DNA of 64,000 bases, from assembly GCA_002269645.1 (NCBI GenBank), contig NIVC01002838.1:1-64000 (forward strand), given 5' to 3'. Under the pieces are notes generated by a model that saw nothing but the letters and a program-made list of their open reading frames with translations, was not told where the DNA came from and did not search any database. Of this stretch, positions 25,601 to 38,300 are shown piece after piece (positions within the stretch are counted from its first letter, which is position 1; every line of letters starts with the position of its first letter). The DNA is from Macrostomum lignano. Taxonomy: Eukaryota. A program made the position numbers and the translations under genes.

Positions 25601-28600
25601 ATGATTGTTTACATGACGCTTCTATGATTTTTTACATGACGCTTCTATGATTTTTTTACATGACGCTTCTATGATTTTTTAATGACGCTTCATGATTGTT
25701 TACATGACGCTTCTATGATTTTTACATGACGCTTCTATGATTTTTACATGACGCTTCTATGATTGTTTACATGACGCTTCTATGATTGTTTACATGACGC
25801 TTCTATGATTTTTACATGACGCTTCTATGATTTTTACATGACGCTTCTATGATTTTTTACATGACGCTTCTATGATTGTTTACATGACGCTTCTATGATT
25901 GTTTACATGACGCTTCTATGATTTTTACATGACGCTTCTATGATTTTTACATGACGCTTCTATGATTGTTTACATGACGCTTCTATGATTGTTTACATGA
26001 CGCTTCTATGATTGTTTACATGACGCTTCTATGATTTTTAATGACGCTTCTATGATTTTTACATGACGCTTCTATGATTGTTTACATGACGCTTCTATGA
26101 TTTTTTACATGACGCTTCTATGATTGTTTACATGACGCTTCTATGATTGTTTACATGACGCTTCTATGATTTTTAATGACGCTTCTATGATTTTTACATG
26201 ACGCTTCTATGATTTTTACATGACGCTTCTATGATTTTTACATGACGCTTCTATGATTTTTACATGACGCTTCTATGATTGTTTACATGACGCTTCTATG
26301 ATTGTTTACATGACGCTTCTATGATTGTTCATATGACGCTTCTATGATTGTTTACATGACGCTTCTATGATTTTTAATGACGCTTCTATGATTTTTACAT
26401 GACGCTTCTATGATTTTTACATGACGCTTCTATGATTTTTTACATGACGCTTCTATGATTGTTTACATGACGCTTCTATGATTTTTACATGACGCTTCTA
26501 TGATTTTTTACATGACGCTTCTATGATTGTTTACATGACGCTTCTATGATTTTTTACATGACGCTTCTATGATTTTTACATGACGCTTCTATGATTGTTT
26601 ACATGACGCTTCTATGATTGTTTACATGACGCTTCTATGATTTTTTACATGACGCTTCTATGATTTTTTACATGACGCTTCTATGATTTTTACATGACGC
26701 TTCTATGATTGTTTACATGACGCTTCTATGATTGTTTACATGACGCTTCTATGATTGTTTACATGACGCTTCTATGATTTTTACATGACGCTTCTATGAT
26801 TTTTACATGACGCTTCTATGATTGTTTACATGACGCTTCTATGATTGTTTACATGACGCTTCTATGATTGTTTATATGACGCTTCTATGATTGTTTACAT
26901 GACGCTTCTATGATTTTTAATGACGCTTCTATGATTTTTACATGACGCTTCTATGATTGTTTACATGACGCTTCTATGATTTTTACATGACGCTTCTATG
27001 ATTGTTTACATGACGCTTCTATGATTGTTTACATGACGCTTCTATGATTGTTTACATGACGCTTCTATGATTGTTTACATGACGCTTCTATGATTTTTAC
27101 ATGACGCTTCTATGATTTTTACATGACGCTTCTATGATTGTTTACATGACGCTTCTATGATTTTTACATGACGCTTCTATGATTGTTTACATGACGCTTC
27201 TATGATTGTTTACATGACGCTTCTATGATTTTTACATGACGCTTCTATGATTGTTTACATGACGCTTCTATGATTGTTTACATGACGCTTCTATGATTGT
27301 TTACATGACGCTTCTATGATTGTTTACATGACGCTTCTATGATTGTTTACATGACGCTTCTATGATTTTTACATGACGCTTCTATGATTTTTACATGACG
27401 CTTCTATGATTTTTACATGACGCTTCTATGATTTTTACATGACGCTTCTATGATTGTTTACATGACGCTTCTATGATTGTTTACATGACGCTTCTATGAT
27501 TTTTACATGACGCTTCTATGATTTTTACATGACGCTTCTATGATTGTTTACATGACGCTTCTATGATTTTTACATGACGCTTCTATGATTTTTACATGAC
27601 GCTTCTATGATTGTTTACATGACGCTTCTATGATTTTTACATGACGCTTCTATGATTTTTACATGACGCTTCTATGATTTTTACATGACGCTTCTATGAT
27701 TGTTTACATGACGCTTCTATGATTTTTACATGACGCTTCTATGATTTTTACATGACGCTTCTATGATTTTTACATGACGCTTCTATGATTTTTACATGAC
27801 GCTTCTATGATTTTTTACATGACGCTTCTATGATTTTTACATGACGCTTCTATGATTTTTACATGACGCTTCTATGATTTTTACATGACGCTTCTATGAT
27901 TGTTTACATGACGCTTCTATGATTGTTTACATGACGCTTCTATGATTTTTACATGACGCTTCTATGATTTTTTACATGACGCTTCTATGATTTTTACATG
28001 ACGCTTCTATGATTTTTACATGACGCTTCTATGATTTTTACATGACGCTTCTATGATTTTTTACATGACGCTTCTATGATTTTTTACATGACGCTTCTAT
28101 GATTTTTTACATGACGCTTCTATGATCTTTACATGACGCTTCTATGATTTTTTACATGACGCTTCTATGATTTTTATATGACGCTTCTATGATTTTTACA
28201 TGACGCTTCTATGATTGTTTACATGACGCTTCTATGATTTTTACATGACGCTTCTATGATTTTTACATGACGCTTCTATGATTGTTTACATGACGCTTCT
28301 ATGATTGTTTACATGACGCTTCTATGATTTTTACATGACGCTTCTATGATTTTTACATGACGCTTCTATGATTTTTACATGACGCTTCTATGATTGTTTA
28401 CATGACGCTTCTATGATTGTTTACATGACGCTTCTATGATTTTTTACATGACGCTTCTATGATTGTTTACATGACGCTTCTATGATTGTTTACATGACGC
28501 TTCTATGATTGTTTACATGACGCTTCTATGATTTTTACATGACGCTTCTATGATTTTTACATGACGCTTCTATGATTTTTACATGACGCTTCTATGATTT

Positions 28601-29580
28601 TTACATGACGCTTCTATGATTTTTACATGACGCTTCTATGATTTTTACATGACGCTTCTATGATTTTTACATGACGCTTCTATGATTGTTTACATGACGC
28701 TTCTATGATTTTTACATGACGCTTCTATGATTTTTACATGACGCTTCTATGATTGTTTACATGACGCTTCTATGATTGTTTACATGACGCTTCTATGATT
28801 TTTACATGACGCTTCTATGATTGTTTACATGACGCTTCTATGATTGTTTACATGACGCTTCTATGATTTTTACATGACGCTTCTATGATTTTTACATGAC
28901 GCTTCTATGATTTTTACATGACGCTTCTATGATTGTTTACATGACGCTTCTATGATTGTTTACATGACGCTTCTATGATTGTTTACATGACGCTTCTATG
29001 ATTTTTACATGACGCTTCTATGATTGTTTACATGACGCTTCTATGATTGTTTACATGACGCTTCTATGATTGTTTACATGACGCTTCTATGATTTTTACA
29101 TGACGCTTCTATGATTTTTACATGACGCTTCTATGATTTTTAATGACGCTTCTATGATTTTTACATGACGCTTCTATGATTTTTACATGACGCTTCTATG
29201 ATTTTTACATGACGCTTCTATGATTTTTACATGACGCTTCTATGATTTTTAATGACGCTTCTATGATTTTTATATGACGCTTCTACGATTTTTATATGAC
29301 GCTTCTATGATTGTTGAAATGACGCATCTATGATTTTTATATGACGCTTCTCTGATTTTTTAAATGACGCTTCTATGATTGTTTACATGACGCTTCTATG
29401 ATTGTTTACATGACGCTTCTTTGATTGTTTACATGACGCTTCTATGATTGTTTACATGACACTTCTATGATTGTTTACATGACGCTTCTATGATTTTTTA
29501 AATGACGCTTCTATGATTGTTTACATGACGCTTCTTTGTTTTTTAAATGACGCATCTATGATTTTTACATGATGCTTCTT
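22600..29580. repeat. ~7-kb satellite of 22/23-bp units (CATGACGCTTCTATGATT[G]TTTA), ~300 units
   Basis: Tandem unit read directly. The edges are degenerate and the right-centre is more homogeneous. Confidence 0.97.
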
Positions 29581-30156
29581 TTTAAAAAGTCTTTTAGTTT
29601 TCCTGACGTTGAAAAGCTTTAATTAAAAAAATTATACTCTATGAAAATTCGAACCATCGTTGCTGCATTTAGCAGTTCAGTTTGTTCACCTCTAGGCTAG
29701 CTCTCATCGTTTTGATAACATGAAATTTTGCACTTATATAATTCAACACTTTAAAATCCAAGCATAGAGTAAATCACACGAAGCAGTTATGACATAATCA
29801 GTTTCTCAGTCAGTCAGTATCAGTTAACAATATGGTTACGCAATTTAAATCAAGTCTGGTGCTACGCTTCCACACTGCATTTTCAATTCAAGTCGGAGTT
29901 ACAATTCAGTTATGATGCAATCTATTTCAGAATCAGAATTCAACCAGTCAATTTTTTCTCTAGCATTCTTACAATGCATTTCAAGTCGAAAAGTTTGTTT
30001 GACCTTTGCAAAAAAGCATGTTTTTCGAATATTTAATGCCTTTAGCATCGAGCAATTTCTTAGCCACGATGCATGTACAGTCACGGAAAAATTTCAGATC
30101 GAACAGTGCAAGCTCGAACAAAATCGGTCCAGCCATTTTTTCTCTAATCGATCACA

Positions 30157-30184
30157 TAGATAGATAGATAGATAGATAGATAGA
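30157..30184. repeat. (GATA)n microsatellite
   Basis: About 7 units. Confidence 0.9.
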
Positions 30185-31184
30185 TTTGGACATACATAGA
30201 TTTGGAGTGTTATGGACATACAAACCTTAGAGATTTAGTATATTTAGATAGCTGAGCAGTTTACTTGCTGGTTATCTGACTCGAACGTTGTCAAAGCTGT
30301 CGTAATTTATAACTGCATGTAGAACACAACAGACTGCTGCAATGTGGTTCCAAGAAGATGATGGTCCTTAGATATAGCAATAACCTTTCTATTTTGTTGA
30401 AGCAGAACTTTATTTATTAACTGTTTATTTACCTCAGTACCTTTATTTTTATTTGAAAAGTGGCAAACATTTTTGCTATTCTCTCTTCTCGACTTGTTGT
30501 AGGCCCAACTTCTCAATATTTTTGACAATATGAACCATAATACAGTTTAAATTTTCTTTTTCACCATTCAATCTTTTGCTGGCAATTTTTAGTTTTTATA
30601 CTCGTAAATTTTTGTACAACTCTTATAGCCTCAGTCTGGGGACAGGAAGCCCTTTTTGTTTGTGTGTGGCTTCTGTGCTTGGGGCTCGGGCCCTCTTTTT
30701 TGTTGCGCAACCGATTTGTCCTTGTTTTCCCTATGTGATTCTCGATGATTGCACCGGTTTTTCTCCGTTTTGCTTCTGTTGTTCACATATTCTATCTAAC
30801 GGACTCCCAGATTTGCGTCTTTGGCTGTCTGAATGCTTCAATCCAGTATAAATCCTCATTTTTCCTCACTTTCCCGGCGTGCGCCACGTGATAAATGTAG
30901 CTATAGAAACAGGTGAGTCTATAATCCTGTCTGTACATGCTTGCTTGTCTCACATGGGGTCTTAACGCACTTAGCTCTTTGCTAGAGATAAGTGTATGCT
31001 CTGATTGTATTAATTCATTAATTTACTTACTCTATACAGAAATAATTAAGAGCAAATGCACAGAATTATTTTTTACCTCCGTAATTACTGCCATCAACTG
31101 TTTCACCTTCGTACTCGTAATTTAATTATTATTGACTTGCTAAACCTTTTTGGTGATAAAGCATAGGGATCCTGTTGGAAGATG

Positions 31185-31322
31185 TGACCAGTGTGAACCA
31201 GTGACCAGTGTGAACCAATGACCAGTGTGAACCAATGAACAGTGTGAACCAATGACCAGTGTGAACCAGTGACCAGTGTGAACCAGTGACCAGTGTGAAC
31301 CAGTGACCAGTGTGAACCAGTG
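31185..31322. repeat. Short copy (~8 units) of the 17-bp ACCAGTGTGAACCAGTG minisatellite
   Basis: Same unit as 14931-16250, preceded by homologous flank (30620-31150 vs 14530-14920). Confidence 0.92.
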
Positions 31323-31719
31323 TCCTAATTTTCTGAACAAGAAGCAAATATATTTTGCGATTATACATAGCAAAAGTAGTGATCAATGAATATTAGAACA
31401 AAATGTTAATCAGCAATTAATGGAAGTCAATTGAAATTGACAAATTGCTGATAAAACCTCTGGTAACTCCGTCTTCTGTAGGGCTTTGAGGATGTACGCA
31501 TAAGAAGATATCAGTATCGTAGCTGACCTCCTAGACCAATTTATTGGCAAGTATAGCAGCTTAGCAAGATGCTGATTTAGGAAGCTGAAAAGTCGCCTGA
31601 CTACTAGGAGCTAGGAGCTATTTATAGCCAAATAAGCAGGAATGAGTTGCATATCAGCATGATTTCTTTTGATGCAAAAAGTGGTTTTTTTCAAAAAAAT
31701 ACTAATGATAATTGATTAC

Positions 31720-31976
31720 ACCTGCCTGAGCCGATGTGCAACCGACAGCTCAGCCGCAGCTATTGCGCGGCGCATCTGAAGGCTGCGTACGGCTGTTCAG
31801 TCCATGGACTTGGGGTCGCCACATACACCCTCAATTACCACAGCTAATGCTTGTACACATTCTACAGCTGGATAAACTGAAGCAATGCAGAGTTGAGTGT
31901 CTTGCCGAGTGAGTCAAGAATCGATCCCCCGACCTTCATGTCGCGAATCCGACGCTCTGACCACTAGGCTATAACC
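31720..31976 (-). mobile_element. tRNA-derived SINE with CORE-like segment
   Basis: Minus strand starts GGTTATAGCCTAGTGG (A box) and has GATCGATTC (B box). GGCAAGACACTCAAC follows and resembles the CORE motif. The 3' part is shared with 11545-11670. Confidence 0.65.
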
Positions 31977-32521
31977 ATTCCTTTAAAAAACGTGAAGCCA
32001 TTAACTCCGGGACTTTTTCTCCATCAAACCCGCAGCTCCGCAGTCAACTCCGCATGAATGCGGAAGCCATCCTTTGTTGGCTCGGCAAACTACCGTTGCG
32101 AGTGAGAGGAAGCGAGTTTGCCTTGCAAAACAAAGAAGATGGATTTCTAGAATTCACGACCAGTCAGGAAACGGCACTGCTTCCGCTAAATATGTTGCCT
32201 CGTTAGGAGGCTGCGAACATGCACAAAAGCCTGTATTGTTCAAACTACAATGCATCTCGCTTGCTTTTCGTTGACTCTAGTGGTGATCGATCATTGCCTC
32301 AAAGTCAGAATTCAGGCAACCCGCCACAGAAGTTGCAGCGTCAAGAAAAACAGGCCGTCAAAGCTATAGACAGGTTGCTGGAGCCAAAGAGCAACAAAGC
32401 CAATCAGGACAATTTTACTGAACTGGTCAAGAATGCATAACTGGGACAAAACAGATGCTGAGGCTTTCAAGACAAGCGAATTCTCTTCTACTGACTGACA
32501 GAAGCTACATCACGCCACAAA

Positions 32522-33553
32522 ATGTCAAGGCTCCTACATCTCACTGTTCTGTGCGCCCTGCTCTCGGTCTCTGACTGTGTGATCAGAGTCAAAACTACAC
32601 AGCACAGAGTAGTCAACAATGACTGCCTGAACTTGTCGCTGTCGGTGTGGCAGATGCCGCGAGCCTCCGCCTACCTGCTCGACTGCTTCGTGTCGAGTCG
32701 GTCGTTCCGTCTCGGCAGCGTCGGCGTGGTGCAGCGGAACAAGCGAGACGCCTCGTGCGCGCTGTTCCGCTTCGGTGAGGTGTGCCACCTGCTCAACTTG
32801 ACCAGCTCGTCTACACCGACTGAGGCAGTGGCCGCTGAGAGCAGCTGCGAAACCCTGGTGGACTCGGAGTACGACGCGATTGCTGCGAACGAGCAGTTCA
32901 GCGCTGTGTGGGTCGGAGACAGGGGACCGGCGCTGGAGAACCTGGTGTGCGGCTCCCATGGACAGAGGAACCCCATGAGGTCCAGTGGTGTCTCATGGAC
33001 GAACGAAGGCGCTCGCATGGACGGAGTCTCGTCTCGGCTTTGGGTGGACGACCCCACAGGTCTGGACTTCACGGCGTCCTACACCTGGGTGCTGCACCTC
33101 AAGAGAACTCCAAGGGTTCAGTGCTTCATCGAGCTGGACAATTGCGAATCAATAGGAGGCAGCTCATTCTTAAGCCACTTTTGGGAATATTGCCGTGGTT
33201 CATCAGAGACGCGATGTCTGTTTTCCAATATTGGCGACGATAAATGGGTGGTGCACACGGGCTCTGTGCTGCCCGCCGATCCTGAGCGCTTCTTTATCGC
33301 TGGCTTGTCAACAGATAAGCCGTCAGGTGAACGCCAATTTCTGCTTGGATCCGCGTTCTTGACTGAGCCCCTGAAATCTGGCAACGGGTCCACATTCAAA
33401 TATAACGACACTGGCGCCTGCATCAAGATCGGCTGGCGGGGTGCAAGCTCGCCATCGTTCAACGGATTTTTCCAGGGCGTCATCCGCGCAGTCGCCATGA
33501 CGAACTCAGCCGTGACTGAGCAGGTGGTGCGGCAGCTGCTTCAGCAGCCCTGA
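32522..33553 (+). CDS. Secreted PAN/apple-like + ConA-like (LamG) protein, paralog B3 (343 aa)
   Basis: Intact ORF with signal peptide and family core. Small insertions in the C-terminal loops. Confidence 0.88.
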   Translation: MSRLLHLTVLCALLSVSDCVIRVKTTQHRVVNNDCLNLSLSVWQMPRASAYLLDCFVSSRSFRLGSVGVVQRNKRDASCALFRFGEVCHLLNLTSSSTPTEAVAAESSCETLVDSEYDAIAANEQFSAVWVGDRGPALENLVCGSHGQRNPMRSSGVSWTNEGARMDGVSSRLWVDDPTGLDFTASYTWVLHLKRTPRVQCFIELDNCESIGGSSFLSHFWEYCRGSSETRCLFSNIGDDKWVVHTGSVLPADPERFFIAGLSTDKPSGERQFLLGSAFLTEPLKSGNGSTFKYNDTGACIKIGWRGASSPSFNGFFQGVIRAVAMTNSAVTEQVVRQLLQQP

Positions 33554-34804
33554 AGCTTTGGCACCTTTCAATGTTGTTCGGACACTTTTTGTTTTTATAT
33601 TCGTAAAAATTATTGTGCAACTATTACATAGCCTCGGTCTGGGCACAAGAAACCATTTTTGTTTGTGTGTGGCTCCTGTGCTCGGGCACTCGCTGGGAGA
33701 ACAGGTCGATTGCAGCTCCCTGCATCTCCGACATCTGCCCCCAATATTCCCTGCCAGCTGTCTTTTTGTTGAACAACCGATTTTTCTAGTTTTCTCTCTA
33801 TTTTTCTCGCTCTTTGCTTCTGTTGTTCACTGACCCTATCTAAAGAACTCCCAGATTTGCGTCACTGGCTAATCTGAATGCGCCAATTCAATATAAATCC
33901 TCATTTTTCCTCACTTTCTCTGCGTGCCCCCAGGTGACAATTCTATTTTTAGAAACAGGTTAGTGACGTCAGAAGACCGGATGCCAATCAGAGAGAGAGA
34001 GAGAGAGAGAAAGAGTCATAGCAATGACCTTAAAGAGAGTCACATGACCGATCTTGGGACTCTATTTAAGCCGGGGATTTTTCGCCTCAACCGGCTACGC
34101 CACCGATCCTACTGAGGACTTACCTCCATCAGCTTCTTCAAGCCTGCAGCATCAGCATCAGCAGCCAGTTCTCTCTCTCTGGCGCCCCCGGTGAGTGGCG
34201 CCCCCGGTGAGTCTGTAATTCTGGCTTTAGGCCAAATCGCACTTAGATTATTGCTACTTCCTAGACATTAGAGTCTGCTTTTACTGTCCCTACGTGTATT
34301 CATTTATTTACTCCAGAGCGAACTATCAATAATTATGACAACTGTCAAGAATCAAGAATTAACTATTTCTATAGGGTTGCCTATTTGCCCTTAACAATTT
34401 CTTCTGGAGGTCTTAATGCCTTTATAATTTAGTTCCTAATAGCATGCAAAACCTTATATTTTCATATGCTTATACATTCATATCATATTTTCGTATTTTC
34501 ATATATACATTTCGATTTCCCTCATACTACTCTTAGTAGCAAAATGTGTAATCACGCATCACTTCAACCACACCCTATTGTCAAAACGACGTATAACGTT
34601 ATCCGTCGATGTAATGTAAAAGAACATACTTATCAGCGACGTCGATAGACTGTAGGAACGTCGGCCAGAGAGAATCTTTTGAAATAGCTTTAGTAACTTC
34701 GACCAAAACAGAGTTGCTTCTGTTTAAATTTACAACAACAACAACAAAATACTTCTCCGCTAGCTACGCAGTGGCCAGAATAGGGGGGGGGAGTCAAAGA
34801 ACAG

Positions 34805-35380
34805 CGCGTCTCTAGGCGATAGCCCTCAAAACGTCACAACTTGCTTGGTCCGGGGCGCCAGCATCAATCAAAAGCCGGTCAGGGTATCTCGCCGTTCGCC
34901 CTTGGCCTCGGCTACGCGGTCCCTGCAGCTTGAGCAGCAGCACTTCGTTTAGTGGCTCAGGGCAAGTGGGCCTCCGACTGGCTGTCGTGGCCAACCAGTC
35001 GAAGTCGTCTCCCGCGCAGCAGGTCAGAAGGCCGCATCAGGCCTCGCATCGCTGCCTGGGCCGCTGCGCACGCCGAACGCCTCACTCAGCTTGGCCGCAT
35101 GCGCAGCGTCCAGCTGCCTCTTTTTCAGGTGTCCGTCAGGGTCCAGGTCTCGGCGTTGTACAACAAGACAGTCTCAACGACTGCCTGAAACAGCCGAGAC
35201 CCGAGCCCATCATCCAGGGCCTCAGAATGGAGCACGGAGCTCACAGAACGAACGAAGCATGATTGCATCCCCAGACAGCGTCTCGGTAATTGATATCGGA
35301 GGTCGGAGGGAACCGTGAAGACTACCGTCTTCCGCTCATTCAGCATGAGGCCGACTTGCAATGTTGACGCCGTCAGGCCA
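34805..35380 (-). mobile_element. 3' fragment of an RTE-clade non-LTR retrotransposon (degenerate)
   Basis: Translation contains RLFQAVVETVLLYNAETWTLT, LLRGRRLRLVGH and CPEPLNEVLLLKLQG..RGQGRTARYPD, typical of the RTE RT C-terminus. Frameshifts and stops present. Confidence 0.75.
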
Positions 35381-38300
35381 TCAAGCAGCTAACAAAATTT
35401 TAAATTTAGTTACTACAATAAGGTTGAGCTGTTGTCAAGTTATATTGCTCAAAATTCTAATCTGGCTAGTACTTTCTAAATCGACCTACAATTAAAATCG
35501 CATGATAGACAGAACAGAGGGCTTTCAGTTTTAAGCACCAATTCATCAAACCTTCGTCAATACTAGCTAAAATTTCTGAATTGTAACTTTAGAACGTATG
35601 ATTTGTTTACTGTAGCGTAAAGACATTGTTAATTTCGATAAAAGCATTTCTCTGCTTTTGTTATCGGTCGTCTAAAATGCGGGCTGAAAGCAAATAGTCT
35701 GGCCCTCAGAAACCCGCCTGCTAAACCCCCATGCAGCATGCAGTCGGAATTACGGTCATGTTGGTGCTACGGTTATGCTGAGTCTTAGATTTAGGCTTAT
35801 TTTGGATTTGCCGATGTGTTTATCCTAATATTGGCTTTGCTGGCTTTCTGACTTTGGTACATCGCTGTCTGAGGCCTGACGTTCCCCCTAACCCTATTAG
35901 TATGTAAAAATTAAAGAACGAACCACGACAATCCAATTCTAACTTAAAAAGTAGACAATAACCAAAAGATGTTGAGAATAGATAAAAAATGTTTGGCAAG
36001 TCTCATAGCTGTATTAAGTAAATTAATCCCTAATTTCGCCTAGAATTGTCATGCAGAGTAAAAAAATTGCGAGAAACAAGGTGGGAGGGACGTCAAATAT
36101 ATTGAGAGCATGAGACCATATGGTGCACAGTAGTAGGTCATAATTAGTCATTTATATTTTGCTTCACTCTTACCATGTATCTCGCAAAATATGATGGTAC
36201 TCACTATTTTTAGTGAGATCTATAACTCAACTTTGTCACGAACAGAAGCATTGGTCACAAAAGATTATCATGCTTATCAAGTAGGTTGATATTACAGCTA
36301 GGTAATAATAATAATAATTAATGAAATTAATGTTCAGTAAGTTCAGATCAAATGCATTACGATAGTCCGCATTGCATACGGCTTCAAACTTCTGAAAAGC
36401 GGGTCGGTCCTTTGAAAGGTCGTTTTTTGTTACAATATATGTTGGCAATGAAAATTTTTGGTACAATATATTCCTATAAGATACTGTGATGCTTTTTCTA
36501 CTATTTCATTTACTGTAAATTACTGTCCAACAATTTATTAAGGGTCAATAGTCTGCTCAACTGGACACTGGCTGGGAAAAGAGACGATGTTGTACGACTA
36601 ACCAGTGTCCGGGCCATGGTTCTTCTAGTTTATAAGAACCCAGGCACTGGATTCTGGGTCGAGCGCTGTTTCACTGGCCTTCCCAACATCTCTTCCACTA
36701 ACGCCCTTCGCCCTCACAGAACTGCGAAGGTCTCGCAGGCAGGATAATGCGAGGGAAAGACAACCATGACAGCAATGGCAACTTGTCACTCAAGCTTTCT
36801 CGCTTTTTCAAAGAAACAACTTAAACAAGACATGCTTTTCCTTGCAAAATAACTTTTCTTGTTAAAAAAACTTTTGTACATATATCTAACTCACTGTCTG
36901 TGAGGTTCTCCAGCTATTCAGAAGGCATCGTTTCGAATTTGCTACTCACATTGTGGCTCTTTGATACTTCGAAAACTAACTTTATTATGCTTGCAATGAA
37001 TGGCTTGCATTCGACTGTTATAGGCAAAAATATTTCAGGCTGCGGTCGATGAGATAAAGAGGGCGACATAGAAACTTAAGGATTTAAACACCCTTGCAAA
37101 GTTAGCAATTGACTCAGCTAAAATGAATAGACGGGTTATTGGTATGAGCTCGTAAGTGAGTCACCTACTCAAAAGCTTTTAAAGCTTCAAGTCCATTATA
37201 ATACATGCAGCATGCAGCCGACAAAAGGCCAAGTGCCTGTCTGTCCTCGTCAGCAGCAGAGACGACAATTCGACAAAATATAAAAGTATGTATTGTACTT
37301 CTGTGCCGAAAAATGGAAAAGCACCTATCTCCATACAGTAGTGCCTTTTTTCGTAAAGCCAGCTTCATGAGCAGTTGGCATCGCCATGAATTTTATGATG
37401 GTTGGACAAAGGCGAGAAGTCTGCATGATTAAATTCCTATATTATTTTAAGAATCGGTGTTGATTGCTTATTTTGGCGCCGAATGTGCTCTATTTTGGGG
37501 CCCTGAGGCCAAATTATTGACTTACAAAACGGTACACAAAGTGGGTGGGGCGGGGAGACAAAGCATTATGGTAAGCCCCCCATAGCTTTCTGGGCGGGGG
37601 CATGGACAGGCCGACGGGGCGATAGCTGTAAACATCTTCATGGCCAAGAGCTGTTTTTCATATCCTAATTATCATTTTTGAATATATTTAAGTCGGCCAA
37701 TTTGCAAATTTGACGACATTATCGTTTTCAACGAGATGGACTTTTTGCTTCCCGGTCCCATTTGTTTATGCGGCCTTTAAATGAATGCATACAAGCTTTC
37801 AGCAAAATTAGATCCTTTTTTGCTTCACGAGAAGCAAGTCAACAATTAAATTAGTGAATTAAAAAGGGCCCCATTTATTTGGGAACTTCGATTTAAATTT
37901 CGTTGCTCTTTAATTTGGAGCAGTGGTTACAAGCCTCTTAATAGATTTTTTGTTTATTCAGCAGTTGAATTACGTAGTTTGGACGAAGCAACTGAAGACA
38001 ATAGTATAGGAATATAGGAATATTTTGCATTACTGTAGCTCAATGTTAGGTCGTAAAATAATCACAATGGCACGTGTGAGTACTAATAATTAATTTAAGA
38101 ATAGTTGAATTACATGCTTTTTGAAACTGTGCATCCGGTTATGGAGTATCCTGTACAGCAATCATGCGACAATTAGCCGTCGGATGGCGTTAAGATAGAA
38201 GTATCATTTTGCCAACAATGTCCATTGACGTCGGGTTGTAGGCAGACGTCCTGTTGCTGCACGGGTATGCGAAAATTTGTGCTTACCGTTCCAGCCTGCG

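Noticed and set aside
22600-29580. CRISPR-like array
   Set aside because: There are no unique spacers, units are directly adjacent, the context is eukaryotic and no cas genes are present. The same applies to the other arrays.
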